Assembly: GCA_043802125.1 (NCBI GenBank)
Contig: JAZDLG010000036.1
Span: 1-63,275 of the forward strand
From: Candidatus Omnitrophota bacterium
GTDB lineage: Bacteria; Omnitrophota; Gorgyraeia; Velamenicoccales; Velamenicoccaceae
Length of the DNA stretch: 63,275 nt
Reading direction: 5' to 3'
Position numbers and translations under genes: made by a program. Position 1 is the first letter of the stretch. Every line of letters begins with the position of its first letter. The notes beneath the pieces are model-generated. The model ran no database searches. It saw nothing but the letters and a program-made list of their open reading frames with translations, and had not been told where the DNA came from. Shown piece after piece: positions 37,302 through 46,154 of this stretch.

Positions 37302-38219
37302 TCACTTTCCGATCAACTTAAGCATTATCGCCTTCTGCACATGCAGCCTGTTCTCTGCCTCATCAAAAACGACTGAGTTAGGGCTGTCCATCACGTCGTC
37401 GGATATCTCCATACCTCTGTGCGCAGGCAGACAATGCATGATCAACACATTCTTTTTAGCTAAAGCTACCAGGTCCGAATTTATCTGGTATTTCTTGAAG
37501 ATCCTAGAGCGTCTGGCTGCTTCCTTCTCCTGGCCCATGCTAGCCCAGGCATCAGTATACAAAACATCGGCATTGCTTGCCGCTTCTTTGGGATCAAGCG
37601 TTACTGAAACACGCGCCCCTGTCTTTGCGGCCTGGATATGCGATAGATGCAGAATATCCCTGTCAGGCGCAAAGCCTTTAGGCGATGCCACTTTCATATT
37701 GATACCTAAGATACTCGTTATCTGCAGTAATGAATTACATACGTTATTGCCGTCTCCGATATAACTCAACGTCAGGCCTTTTAGTTCACCGCGTTTTTCT
37801 TTCAGCGTAAAGATATCGGCTAACGCCTGGCACGGATGGAAAAGATCGCTTAATCCGTTGATGACAGGCACCAGCGAATACTGCGCCAGTTCTTCTACTT
37901 CCCTGTGTTTGAAGACGCGGGCCACGATAAGATCAAGGTAGCGTGATAACGTCAAAGCCGCGTCTTTAATGGTCTCACGGACGCCTATATTTACTTCCGC
38001 AGGAGACAAAGACATACACTGGCCGCCCAACTGCCAGACGCCGACCTGAAAAGAGACGCGTGTCCTCAAAGACGGCTTCTGAAAAATAAGGCCTACTGCC
38101 TTATTCTTAAAACTATCCTGAAACTTGTTCTTTTTAAGTTCTTCTGTCCTTTTGAATATCCCATGGATGTCTTCAAAAGAAAGATCCGAGATTGAAAGAA
38201 AATCTTTTTTAACCGGCAT
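37302..38219 (-). CDS. argF: ornithine carbamoyltransferase
   Basis: FQKPSLRTRVSF, DLFHPCQALAD and HCLPAHRGMEI. Confidence 0.9.
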   Translation of the reverse strand: MPVKKDFLSISDLSFEDIHGIFKRTEELKKNKFQDSFKNKAVGLIFQKPSLRTRVSFQVGVWQLGGQCMSLSPAEVNIGVRETIKDAALTLSRYLDLIVARVFKHREVEELAQYSLVPVINGLSDLFHPCQALADIFTLKEKRGELKGLTLSYIGDGNNVCNSLLQITSILGINMKVASPKGFAPDRDILHLSHIQAAKTGARVSVTLDPKEAASNADVLYTDAWASMGQEKEAARRSRIFKKYQINSDLVALAKKNVLIMHCLPAHRGMEISDDVMDSPNSVVFDEAENRLHVQKAIMLKLIGK

Positions 38220-39414
38220 GATTCGTCTCCTCTAAAACAATATCCAGAATTCTTATAGCTGCGTCTATCTGACGTTTAGTAACGTTCAACGCCGGCATAA
38301 GCCGCAGGATCGTATCGTGCGTGCAATTGATCAAGAGCCCGCGCTTAAGACAAAGTTCAACTACTTCTTTTCCTTTAATATCAAGCTCAATGCCTATCAT
38401 AAGCCCCAACCCGCGGACCTCCCTTATCACTTTATATTTCTTCTTTAGAGCATCCAGCTTCTCAAAAATATACGGCGACATCTTAGATGCGTTGCTTAGC
38501 ATCTTGTCTTTCACTATCGCCTTCAATACGCCCAAAGCAGCCTTGCAGACTAAGGGACTGCCTCCAAAAGTAGACGCGTGCATGCCGGGCTGTAAAATAT
38601 CGGCTATCTCAGTTTTCGCGACCATACACCCTATGGGTAAGCCGCCGCCTAATGATTTAGCAAGCGTCATGATATCGGGGGTGATACCATAATGCTGGAA
38701 TCCGAACATCTTAGCCGTCCGGCCCATGCCCGTCTGGACCTCATCAATGATCAATAACATCTTACGCTCATCGCATAACTTTCTTACCTTGCGCGTAAAA
38801 TCAACGCCTGCGACCTGGATGCCGCCTTCGCCTTGGACGACCTCCATAAGAATAGCAACGGAATTTTGCGTCACCGCTTTCTCTAAAGCGCTAAAATCAT
38901 TCATGGGCAGATTGGTCTTAAATCCCTCTACCAGCGGTTCAAAACCCCGGCTATATTTCTTCTGGCCGGTGGCTGTTATAGTAGCTAAAGTCCGTCCATG
39001 AAACGCGTTTTCAAAAGTAATGATCTCATACCGCGGCTGGGGCTCATCCTTTGAACCAAATGCCCGCGCCAGCTTGATAGCCGCCTCATTCGCCTCAGCG
39101 CCCGAGTTAGAGAAAAATACCTTTCCCGGAAAAGACAGGCGGATTATTTCCGAAGCAAGCTTAGCCTGAGCCGGATGGTAATAGTTATTAGGCAAGTGAA
39201 TTAGCTTTGACACCTGGTCCCGCACCGCGCACATTACAGCCGGATGACAATGGCCGACGTTGCCTACTCCCCACCCCGGGAAAAAATCCAGGTATTCTTT
39301 GCCGTCTATATCGCAAAGCTTCATGCCTTTGCCTTTAACGAAGATATACGGCATCTTCGTGTACGTCGGCATAATATAGTCTTTGTAAGATTGAAATATC
39401 TCTTCTTTAGTCAT
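38209..39414 (-). CDS. argD: acetylornithine aminotransferase
   Basis: Class-III aminotransferase: SNSGAEANE, DEVQTGMGRTAKMF and LAKSLGGGLP. Confidence 0.9.
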   Translation of the reverse strand: MTKEEIFQSYKDYIMPTYTKMPYIFVKGKGMKLCDIDGKEYLDFFPGWGVGNVGHCHPAVMCAVRDQVSKLIHLPNNYYHPAQAKLASEIIRLSFPGKVFFSNSGAEANEAAIKLARAFGSKDEPQPRYEIITFENAFHGRTLATITATGQKKYSRGFEPLVEGFKTNLPMNDFSALEKAVTQNSVAILMEVVQGEGGIQVAGVDFTRKVRKLCDERKMLLIIDEVQTGMGRTAKMFGFQHYGITPDIMTLAKSLGGGLPIGCMVAKTEIADILQPGMHASTFGGSPLVCKAALGVLKAIVKDKMLSNASKMSPYIFEKLDALKKKYKVIREVRGLGLMIGIELDIKGKEVVELCLKRGLLINCTHDTILRLMPALNVTKRQIDAAIRILDIVLEETNHAG

Positions 39415-40265
39415 TTTACTATTTCCGTCCCAACACCCTGGTCCGTGAAGATCTCAAGCAGAAGTGCGTGTGGGATGCGCGCGTCTATGATATGGGTCTT
39501 TTTAACATTACCCTTTAAAGCGTCAAGACAGGCATTCACCTTAGGTATCATCCCGGACTGGATCACATTTTGATCTATGAGCGTATTTATATCGTCCACA
39601 CGTAAGCTGCCTATAAGAGATTCCGGATTCTCAGGATCCCTCATGACACCCCGCACATTCGTCAACAAAACGAACTTCTCGGCTTCAAAAACCGCCGCGA
39701 TATGCGATGCCGCCTCGTCCGCATTTATATTGTAGACTATTTTTTTATCATCAACGCCCATGGGAGAGATAACGACTATGGAGCTTGCTTTTAATTCTTT
39801 TTCTATCAATTCTTTATTGACTTGGGAAACAACTCCCACAAATCCCAGATCCAGCGGGCCGTCCAACTTTTTTGATCTGATGATGCTATGGTCTTTGCCG
39901 CTAAGCCCGACTGCCATGCCTCCTATTTTTTTTATATCGTTAACAAGCAATTTATTCAATTGATTCAGTTCCTCTTCCACCACGACGAGCGTTTGGGCAT
40001 CAGTTACCCTCATGCCGTCAACGAACTCCGTCTTTTTGCCGAGCTTCTTTAACTTCTCGGATATATTAGGCCCGCCTCCATGCACGAGGACGGTCTTTAT
40101 ACCCATAAAACTTAAAAAAACCAGGTCTTCCAGAACGCCCTTGCGGATAGAATCCTCGCTTAAAATACTTCCGCCATACTTAATGACAAAGACTTTCTTG
40201 CGAAACTCTCTTATGTATGGGAGGGCTTCTATTAAGACATCAGCCTTTTTTATAGCTTCATCCAT
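39411..40265 (-). CDS. argB: acetylglutamate kinase
   Basis: VIKYGGS, VLVHGGGP and NINAD. The ATG at 40265 (MDEAIKK) is preferred because the track N-terminus runs into repeat E6. Confidence 0.92.
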   Translation of the reverse strand: MDEAIKKADVLIEALPYIREFRKKVFVIKYGGSILSEDSIRKGVLEDLVFLSFMGIKTVLVHGGGPNISEKLKKLGKKTEFVDGMRVTDAQTLVVVEEELNQLNKLLVNDIKKIGGMAVGLSGKDHSIIRSKKLDGPLDLGFVGVVSQVNKELIEKELKASSIVVISPMGVDDKKIVYNINADEAASHIAAVFEAEKFVLLTNVRGVMRDPENPESLIGSLRVDDINTLIDQNVIQSGMIPKVNACLDALKGNVKKTHIIDARIPHALLLEIFTDQGVGTEIVK

Positions 40266-40287
40266 TATTTTGTCCTTCTTTTGATGA

Positions 40288-40394
40288 AGATCCTTGACAT
40301 TCACCTTGACAATACATCGATGAAAATGTCAAGGATGAATTCGGACACATACTTTACATAAACTTTCGTTTATGTAAAGTATGTCCTCATTCAA
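40288..40394 (-). repeat. intergenic element family E, copy E6
   Basis: Minus strand: GAATGA, P1 GGAC/GTCC, P2 ATACTTTACATAAAC/GTTTATGTAAAGTAT (15 bp), GAATT, then P3 ATCCTTGACATT/AATGTCAAGGAT and CT. Confidence 0.85.
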
Positions 40395-41608
40395 TTATAA
40401 TCCGCGTTAATTCTCACATACCCGTAAGATAGGTCCGACGTATAAACGCAAGCCTCTGCTCTTCCTACATGCAGGTCAATGTCTACCCGCACGTTACTAC
40501 CCCGTAAAAAATCATTATTCTTAACAGGAACGGGTTTGCCGTTTTTAAAAACAAACTTTTTATTCAAATTAATATCCAACTTCTCAGCTTTTAAGGCCGA
40601 CGGGATAGAGCCTAACGCAGCTGCGATCCTACCCCAATTAGGGTCAGAGCCGAACATCGCGCACTTAAAAAGATTGGAATTAGCTACGCTAAACGCAAGC
40701 TGCTTTGCCGAAGAATAGTTAGAAGCACCCTTGACACGTATCTCAATGAATTTCGTCGCTCCCTCAGCATCGCGCACGATCATCTTAGCCAATGCCAGGC
40801 AGACTTCTTTAAGAGCAAGACAAAAAACAGCCTCTACAGCAGTGCCGCTTTTAATAAGCGCGCTATCGGATGCGCCGTTAGCCATAGCGACAACAGTATC
40901 GTTGGTGCTCATACAGCCGTCTATAGTAATAGCGTTAAAAGAAACTCCAACCGCGTCTCTGAGCGCTTTCTTTAAGACTTTCCCTGTAACAGAGGCGTCC
41001 GTAAAAATATAAGCGAGCATAGTCGCGTGCCTGCCTGCCGGCAGGCAGGTTTTCATTTGAGGCGCTATCATACCTGCGCCTTTAGCGATACCTGAAATAA
41101 TAACCCTCTTGTGCCCTATCCGGAATATCTTTGAAACCTCTTTTCGGAAAGTATCCGTTGTCAGAATAGCAGAAGCGGCATCGGATAACCCCTTGTAAGA
41201 AAGCTTCTTAGCTAAAACCGGAACCGCTGCCCTTATCTTTTCCATAGGAAGAAACTTTCCGATGATGCCCGTAGAAGATACTAAAACTTGTCCCGCGTCA
41301 ATTGATAGGCTCCTGGCAACAAGCTGTGTTGTGGTTATGGCATCAAGTAATCCCTGTTTGCCGGTCATGCAATTGGCATTACCGCTATTGACAACAACAG
41401 CCTTAAGGCTACCCTTAGTTAGATGCCGTCGGCTGATCTCAAGCGGTGCAGCCTGTATGCGGTTAGATGTAAACAGGCCGGCCGCAACACATGGCCGCAA
41501 CGAGTAAAAAAGCGCCAGGTCCTTTTTGCCGCTCTTTTTTATTTTTGCTGAAATTCCGCTGGCCTTAAATCCCAAAGGGAGGATACCGGAATCAAACTGC
41601 AGGCTCAT
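40391..41608 (-). CDS. argJ: bifunctional ornithine acetyltransferase / N-acetylglutamate synthase
   Basis: GFKASG, KGAGMIAPQM...ATMLAYIFTDA and CMSTNDT. It carries a 9-aa insertion (KTCLPAGRH) encoded by a 20-bp palindrome just before the A|TML self-cleavage site. Confidence 0.93.
   Translation of the reverse strand: MSLQFDSGILPLGFKASGISAKIKKSGKKDLALFYSLRPCVAAGLFTSNRIQAAPLEISRRHLTKGSLKAVVVNSGNANCMTGKQGLLDAITTTQLVARSLSIDAGQVLVSSTGIIGKFLPMEKIRAAVPVLAKKLSYKGLSDAASAILTTDTFRKEVSKIFRIGHKRVIISGIAKGAGMIAPQMKTCLPAGRHATMLAYIFTDASVTGKVLKKALRDAVGVSFNAITIDGCMSTNDTVVAMANGASDSALIKSGTAVEAVFCLALKEVCLALAKMIVRDAEGATKFIEIRVKGASNYSSAKQLAFSVANSNLFKCAMFGSDPNWGRIAAALGSIPSALKAEKLDINLNKKFVFKNGKPVPVKNNDFLRGSNVRVDIDLHVGRAEACVYTSDLSYGYVRINADYN
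41030..41049. repeat. 20-bp perfect palindrome CCTGCCTGCCGGCAGGCAGG (copy inside argJ)
   Basis: Read directly from the sequence. It is identical to 58877-58896. Confidence 0.95.
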
Positions 41609-42627
41609 GACAAAGCTGTCCTTTCATTAAAACCGCACATAATATTCATATTCTGCACAGCCTGTCCGGATGCGCCCTTGATCAGATTGTCAATAACGGA
41701 AGTCACGATAAGTAGCTTTCGCGCCTCATCGCAAACAAGCCCTATGTCGCAGTAATTAGTACCAACAACGTCTTTCAACTCAGGAAGACTACCTAATGCC
41801 CTAACCCTTATGAATGTCTCCAGTTTATAGAATTTTTTGTAGATATCCGCTATCTTGTCAGTTGAAACATGACTTTTAAGACGGATATAGATCGTCGCAT
41901 ATATCCCGCACTTCACAGGCAAGAGATGCGGGCAAAATACGACATTAACTTTGGATAAAGATACCTTGGATAACTCCTGGTTTATCTCCGGAGAATGCTG
42001 ATGGACGTTGAATTTATAACCTTTGAAATTCCCGTTTAGCTCACAAAAAGAAAAATCCAAAGTCGTTTTCTTGCCGGCTCCGGAAACGCCTGACTTGGCA
42101 TCAATGATAATGCCATCTGCGTCAGCCAGGCCCGAGACAAGCGCGGGCACTATCCCTAAAATGGACGCCGTAGGATAACATCCGGGATTGGCCACGAAAT
42201 CCGACTTCTTGATCTTCTCTCGGTATAATTCAGGCAGGCCATAAACGAATTTTTTCAGATTTTTTTTGTCCTTGTGCGCCTTATGATACCATTGCTTATA
42301 TACCCCGTAATTCTTGAGCCGATAGTCCGCGCTCAGATCTATGATCTTCTTGCCCATCTTGGCCAATTTAGGCACGACTTCCATAGAAACTGTATGAGGC
42401 AGCGCGAGAAACAGAAGGTCGCACTTTTCTGAGGCTCTGGAATAAGAAAAATTCTCGCATTTGAGGTTTGTTAAGCCCTTTAAAGACGGGAATACCTCGT
42501 CTATCGGCATAGCCTTATCCAGCGTCGCAGCAAGATATGTCAAGCGCACGTCAGGATGCTTTAATAGCAACCTAATGAGTTCCTCACCCGTATAACCTCT
42601 GGCTCCTATGATACCGACCTTTAGCAT
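41605..42627 (-). CDS. argC: N-acetyl-gamma-glutamyl-phosphate reductase
   Basis: VGIIGARGYTGEEL and the active-site context NPGCYPTA. Confidence 0.95.
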   Translation of the reverse strand: MLKVGIIGARGYTGEELIRLLLKHPDVRLTYLAATLDKAMPIDEVFPSLKGLTNLKCENFSYSRASEKCDLLFLALPHTVSMEVVPKLAKMGKKIIDLSADYRLKNYGVYKQWYHKAHKDKKNLKKFVYGLPELYREKIKKSDFVANPGCYPTASILGIVPALVSGLADADGIIIDAKSGVSGAGKKTTLDFSFCELNGNFKGYKFNVHQHSPEINQELSKVSLSKVNVVFCPHLLPVKCGIYATIYIRLKSHVSTDKIADIYKKFYKLETFIRVRALGSLPELKDVVGTNYCDIGLVCDEARKLLIVTSVIDNLIKGASGQAVQNMNIMCGFNERTALS

Positions 42628-42680
42628 ATCTTAGACTCCTTCATTTTACCGCCGAGGATGTAATGTTTTGTCGTCTCACT

Positions 42681-42709
42681 ATGTTAAAATAAAAAAGCGT
42701 TCTCGTCAA
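42681..42709 (-). promoter_or_regulatory. sigma70-like promoter for the arg operon
   Basis: Minus strand: TTGACG, 17 nt, TAACAT, immediately after the rpsI terminator. Confidence 0.4.
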
Positions 42710-42720
42710 GGGTTTTCGTC

Positions 42721-42755
42721 GCAAAATAAAACCGCCGAGGAGACTCGGCGGTTTT
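42721..42755 (-). terminator. rho-independent terminator after rpsI
   Basis: Minus strand: AAAACCGCCGAG-tctc-CTCGGCGGTTTT followed by ATTTTG. Confidence 0.85.
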
Positions 42756-42792
42756 GACTTTATCCTATATGCTATCAACTATAAACTCATCC

Positions 42793-43188
42793 TCATCTCT
42801 TCGTCCACTGGAAGCGTTTGCGGGCGCCCTTCTGGCCATATTTCTTGCGCTCTTTGGTCCTCGGGTCACGCGTCAAATATCCGCCCTTCCTTAAAACTAC
42901 CTTAAATTCCGTATCAATAGAGGAAAGCGCCCTGGATATACCATGCCTCAAAGCTCCTGCCTGTCCCGTTAATCCGCCGCCGTCAACCAAAGCCTGGACA
43001 TCAAACTTATTGACCGTATTAGTAGCCACAAACGGCTGATTAATGATAATGCGGTCCGTCTCTCTTAAAAAATACTTTTCATAGGGGAGCTTGTTAACGA
43101 CCATCTTTCCCTGCCCGTGAGCCAATCGCACTCTGGCCGCGGCTTCTTTACGCCTTCCGGTTGCTTTATATTTTGTAACTTCTGCCAT
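42793..43188 (-). CDS. rpsI: 30S ribosomal protein S9
   Basis: [10 protein letters not shown]...[19 protein letters not shown]...[18 protein letters not shown]. Confidence 0.97.
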   Translation of the reverse strand: MAEVTKYKATGRRKEAAARVRLAHGQGKMVVNKLPYEKYFLRETDRIIINQPFVATNTVNKFDVQALVDGGGLTGQAGALRHGISRALSSIDTEFKVVLRKGGYLTRDPRTKERKKYGQKGARKRFQWTKR

Positions 43189-43192
43189 TTTT

Positions 43193-43630
43193 TTAGACCT
43201 CTAATTGCTTAAATTCTATTTTTTTATACGGGTGTGATTCGCCCGCGAAAATATCAAGTTTCTTGATCATATCGCGCGATAATGGATTGGCCGGCAACAT
43301 CTTACGCACTGCCGCCTTTAAAACCTCTGTGGGCTTTGTCTTAAGCATAACCTCAAGGGAAGTCTTTTTTAAGCCGCCCGGATACCCAGAATACTTCAAA
43401 TACATCTTCTCTTTAAGTTTATTCCCTGTTACCCTTATCTTTTCGGCGTTTATGACAACCACTCGGTCTCCCACATCAACATGAGGCGTATAGGTCGCCT
43501 TATGCTTGCCGCGGATCACTGTGGCTATCTTAGCTGCTAACCGGCCCAATATCTTGCCTCTTGCGTCTACGAGGAACCAATCTTTATTGGCTGGGTCCGT
43601 ATTCTTCTTACTTGCTACGAAAGTTTTCAT
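43193..43630 (-). CDS. rplM: 50S ribosomal protein L13
   Basis: [34 protein letters not shown]. The ATG at 43630 (MKTFVAS) is preferred. Confidence 0.97.
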   Translation of the reverse strand: MKTFVASKKNTDPANKDWFLVDARGKILGRLAAKIATVIRGKHKATYTPHVDVGDRVVVINAEKIRVTGNKLKEKMYLKYSGYPGGLKKTSLEVMLKTKPTEVLKAAVRKMLPANPLSRDMIKKLDIFAGESHPYKKIEFKQLEV

Positions 43631-43653
43631 AAGGCATAAAATATAACATATCC

Positions 43654-45318
43654 TCAAGCCCGTGTCAACTTATTTTTCTTTAAAAACAGGTTTTTGCCGT
43701 CAAAAACAATGGCAAAAAATATCCCCGCCAAGATAAGAACACAGACTCCAAAAGGCACTCGGGCTCGGACAACCTTCTTCTTAAATGTGCTGCCTTCGTT
43801 GGCGTAGAGATAGACCAGCTGTGTTTCAGCTACTTTTTTAAGGCCATAATGCCTGATTGCGTCCGATAATTCCTGAGGGAATATTCCGCCTGGGTCTTTA
43901 AACCAAAGCACAAAACGCGCTGCCTTGAGGGCATCAAGGTCTTGAAAAGGCAGGACTTCCAACAACATAGCGCCCGAAGTAGCTCTGTGCGAAAGCGCGG
44001 AAATGATGCCGCCGCCGTAATTATAGTTAGAAAATAGGATATCGTCTTGGCTTGAATTTTGTTGGACTGTGCGCACGGCTTCGTCTATCAGCCCGGGATA
44101 GTAAAAAGTCCCTCCTTTTTCCGCGTAGATACCTTCTGTTGAATCACTGGCAGGCGCGATCCAGGAACCGCAAAGAAAAACAGGGAATTTTTTAAGAGGC
44201 GAAATGATCACAAGGGGCGTGAGCACAAAAAACACGAACATAACAGCTGCCCAGAAAAAATATTGAGCCCCTCCCGGGCTAAAGCCCGAGATTTCCATTT
44301 TAGCGAAATACTTGAGCGGCCAAACCCATCCGCGGCCTGAAGGCCGCAGCTTTTGGCCGCGAAAGTACAAGCCGCGCCTGTTTTGCTTAGCAGAAACCCT
44401 TTTCCAAAAATGCTCAAGGCAGAAAGCTGCAAAAAAAATAACCGGTATAAGGCCGTGCCCTGAAAAAAACCTGTCGCGATTCGTAAAAAGCAGGACAAGC
44501 ATCACTATACTCAAGGCCACAAAAAAGATATGCGCTCCTCTCTTTTTTAGCGCAAGGAGCATGCCGAAAACAGCCAAAACATAAAAGACAGGATTTATCT
44601 GTGCGTAGTAAAACTCCATCACTCTTAACGGATGTATAAACGCCAGGTATTTTAACTGGTGGTAGATAAGGGGCGAAGCCGAGAGGTAAGCCCAAAATAT
44701 CACCCAAAGACAGGTCTTTCTATCATCACTTAAGAAAAAACCATATAACATTAGAGAAAGAACCATAAGGGACGACATCAGGCTGTGGGTATACAAAGAA
44801 AGTGATAGGACCAAAACAGCGTTGAGGATCTTCTTCTTTTTTATAAAATAGAACGACAGAAATCCAAAAATAAAAGCAATGGTGAACGGTATATTGTTCA
44901 CAAGGGATAGATAAAGCGGATACGAAGAAACAGACAAAAGCAGGCTAAAAAATGCCGTTTCTTTAGAGTAAATACTTCTTATGACGAACCATAAACATAA
45001 TAGGAACAACGGATAAATAGAAAGGTCAAATATCTTCGCTACCAAGATGGGGCTTGCCCCGCATTTGAACACTATCAATTCCAAAATGTGAAATAAGGGC
45101 GGATACAGATGCGGCCGGCCTACAGGGGCGTAATCCCAGAATGACACGCCGACCCATCCTCCGGCATCGGCAAAACCCCTCATTACTGAAAGGTGATAAT
45201 AGCAATCTAAAAAAAGCGGTAGTTTATGCCAGTTTGATATCTGCAAGATAACAACCACCGCAAAGATCAAATATGAGTAAAGATCCCAGCCTGAACTTCT
45301 ATTTTTCATAGACAACAT
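43654..45318 (-). CDS. polytopic membrane protein, GT-C/PMT_2-ArnT-like candidate glycosyltransferase
   Basis: Roughly 11 TM helices and a first loop with LDCYYHL...GRPHLYPPLFH. There is a C-terminal soluble domain and a final TM. A basic loop is encoded by a GC-rich palindromic stretch at about 44290-44400. Confidence 0.45.
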   Translation of the reverse strand: MLSMKNRSSGWDLYSYLIFAVVVILQISNWHKLPLFLDCYYHLSVMRGFADAGGWVGVSFWDYAPVGRPHLYPPLFHILELIVFKCGASPILVAKIFDLSIYPLFLLCLWFVIRSIYSKETAFFSLLLSVSSYPLYLSLVNNIPFTIAFIFGFLSFYFIKKKKILNAVLVLSLSLYTHSLMSSLMVLSLMLYGFFLSDDRKTCLWVIFWAYLSASPLIYHQLKYLAFIHPLRVMEFYYAQINPVFYVLAVFGMLLALKKRGAHIFFVALSIVMLVLLFTNRDRFFSGHGLIPVIFFAAFCLEHFWKRVSAKQNRRGLYFRGQKLRPSGRGWVWPLKYFAKMEISGFSPGGAQYFFWAAVMFVFFVLTPLVIISPLKKFPVFLCGSWIAPASDSTEGIYAEKGGTFYYPGLIDEAVRTVQQNSSQDDILFSNYNYGGGIISALSHRATSGAMLLEVLPFQDLDALKAARFVLWFKDPGGIFPQELSDAIRHYGLKKVAETQLVYLYANEGSTFKKKVVRARVPFGVCVLILAGIFFAIVFDGKNLFLKKNKLTRA

Positions 45319-46078
45319 CCGCCAGATAAAGCCCGCAGGAAGGCGCGCAGCGGCCTGCGGACTTTCTGTCTTGTTTCTTTAAGATCTTAGCGAGGTCACC
45401 TTTCTTTAACCTGCCTGAACCCAAGTCTATCAGAGTACCTACTATATTGCGCACCATGTTACGCAGAAAACCGCTTGCCTCTAACTCAATCGTGACCAGT
45501 TCCAGCCCCCTTGAAATAGGCAGGCCTTTGCTGTTTTTCACCCTTTTGATATCTATACGATTGATAGTAGTCACCGAACTCCGTTTTGCCTTTTCTGACG
45601 CCTGAAAAGACTTAAAATTATGCTTTCCCAAAAGACACTTTGCCTCCCTACGCATCAACTGTAAGTCTAGAAGATGCCTGACGCACCATGCAAAAGAAGA
45701 AACAAACGGCGTCTTTGCCGTAGACGGAAAAATGCAATAGATATACGTCTTAGACCGCGTATCAAAACGGGCGTGAAAGCCTAAAGGCATTTCTTCAACT
45801 TTTAAAACCGCGATATCCTGCGGCAATACTCCGTTTAAGGCCGACATTATCTTATCCAGCTTCATCGGCGAGTCTATCTTGAAATGGGCCACCTGAGCAA
45901 GAGCATGAACACCGGCATCAGTCCTGCCGGAGCCTATAAGACGCGGTTTTTTGAGAAAAATTTTCTGGAGGGCCTCTTCTATGGTTTGTTGAACGGTGTT
46001 TGAATGGCGGCTACCCTGCGACTGCCAGCCGCGATAGTCCGTTCCGTCGTACGCTATAGTCAGTTTAATATTACGCAT
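45299..46078 (-). CDS. truA: tRNA pseudouridine(38-40) synthase
   Basis: IAYDGTDYRGWQSQ and GSGRTDAGVHA. The ATG at 46078 (MRNIKL) is preferred. Confidence 0.93.
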   Translation of the reverse strand: MRNIKLTIAYDGTDYRGWQSQGSRHSNTVQQTIEEALQKIFLKKPRLIGSGRTDAGVHALAQVAHFKIDSPMKLDKIMSALNGVLPQDIAVLKVEEMPLGFHARFDTRSKTYIYCIFPSTAKTPFVSSFAWCVRHLLDLQLMRREAKCLLGKHNFKSFQASEKAKRSSVTTINRIDIKRVKNSKGLPISRGLELVTIELEASGFLRNMVRNIVGTLIDLGSGRLKKGDLAKILKKQDRKSAGRCAPSCGLYLADVVYEK

Positions 46079-46086
46079 AGCATTGA

Positions 46087-46148
46087 CAAGAAAATACCCC
46101 ATACGCGAGTATGGGGCAAGGGTTTATTCCCCACATGTCAGTGTGGGG
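46087..46148 (-). terminator. tandem hairpins after asd, the second followed by a T-run
   Basis: Minus strand: CCCCACAC-tgacat-GTGGGG, a spacer, then CCCCATAC-tcgc-GTATGGGG and TATTTTCTT. Confidence 0.5.
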
Positions 46149-46154
46149 TTGCAC

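Noticed and set aside
44208-44707. Two ~96-aa alternative-frame minus-strand ORFs inside the 554-aa membrane protein gene.
   Set aside because: They are a by-product of a GC-rich palindromic patch. The long frame has consistent TM-helix structure across the region.
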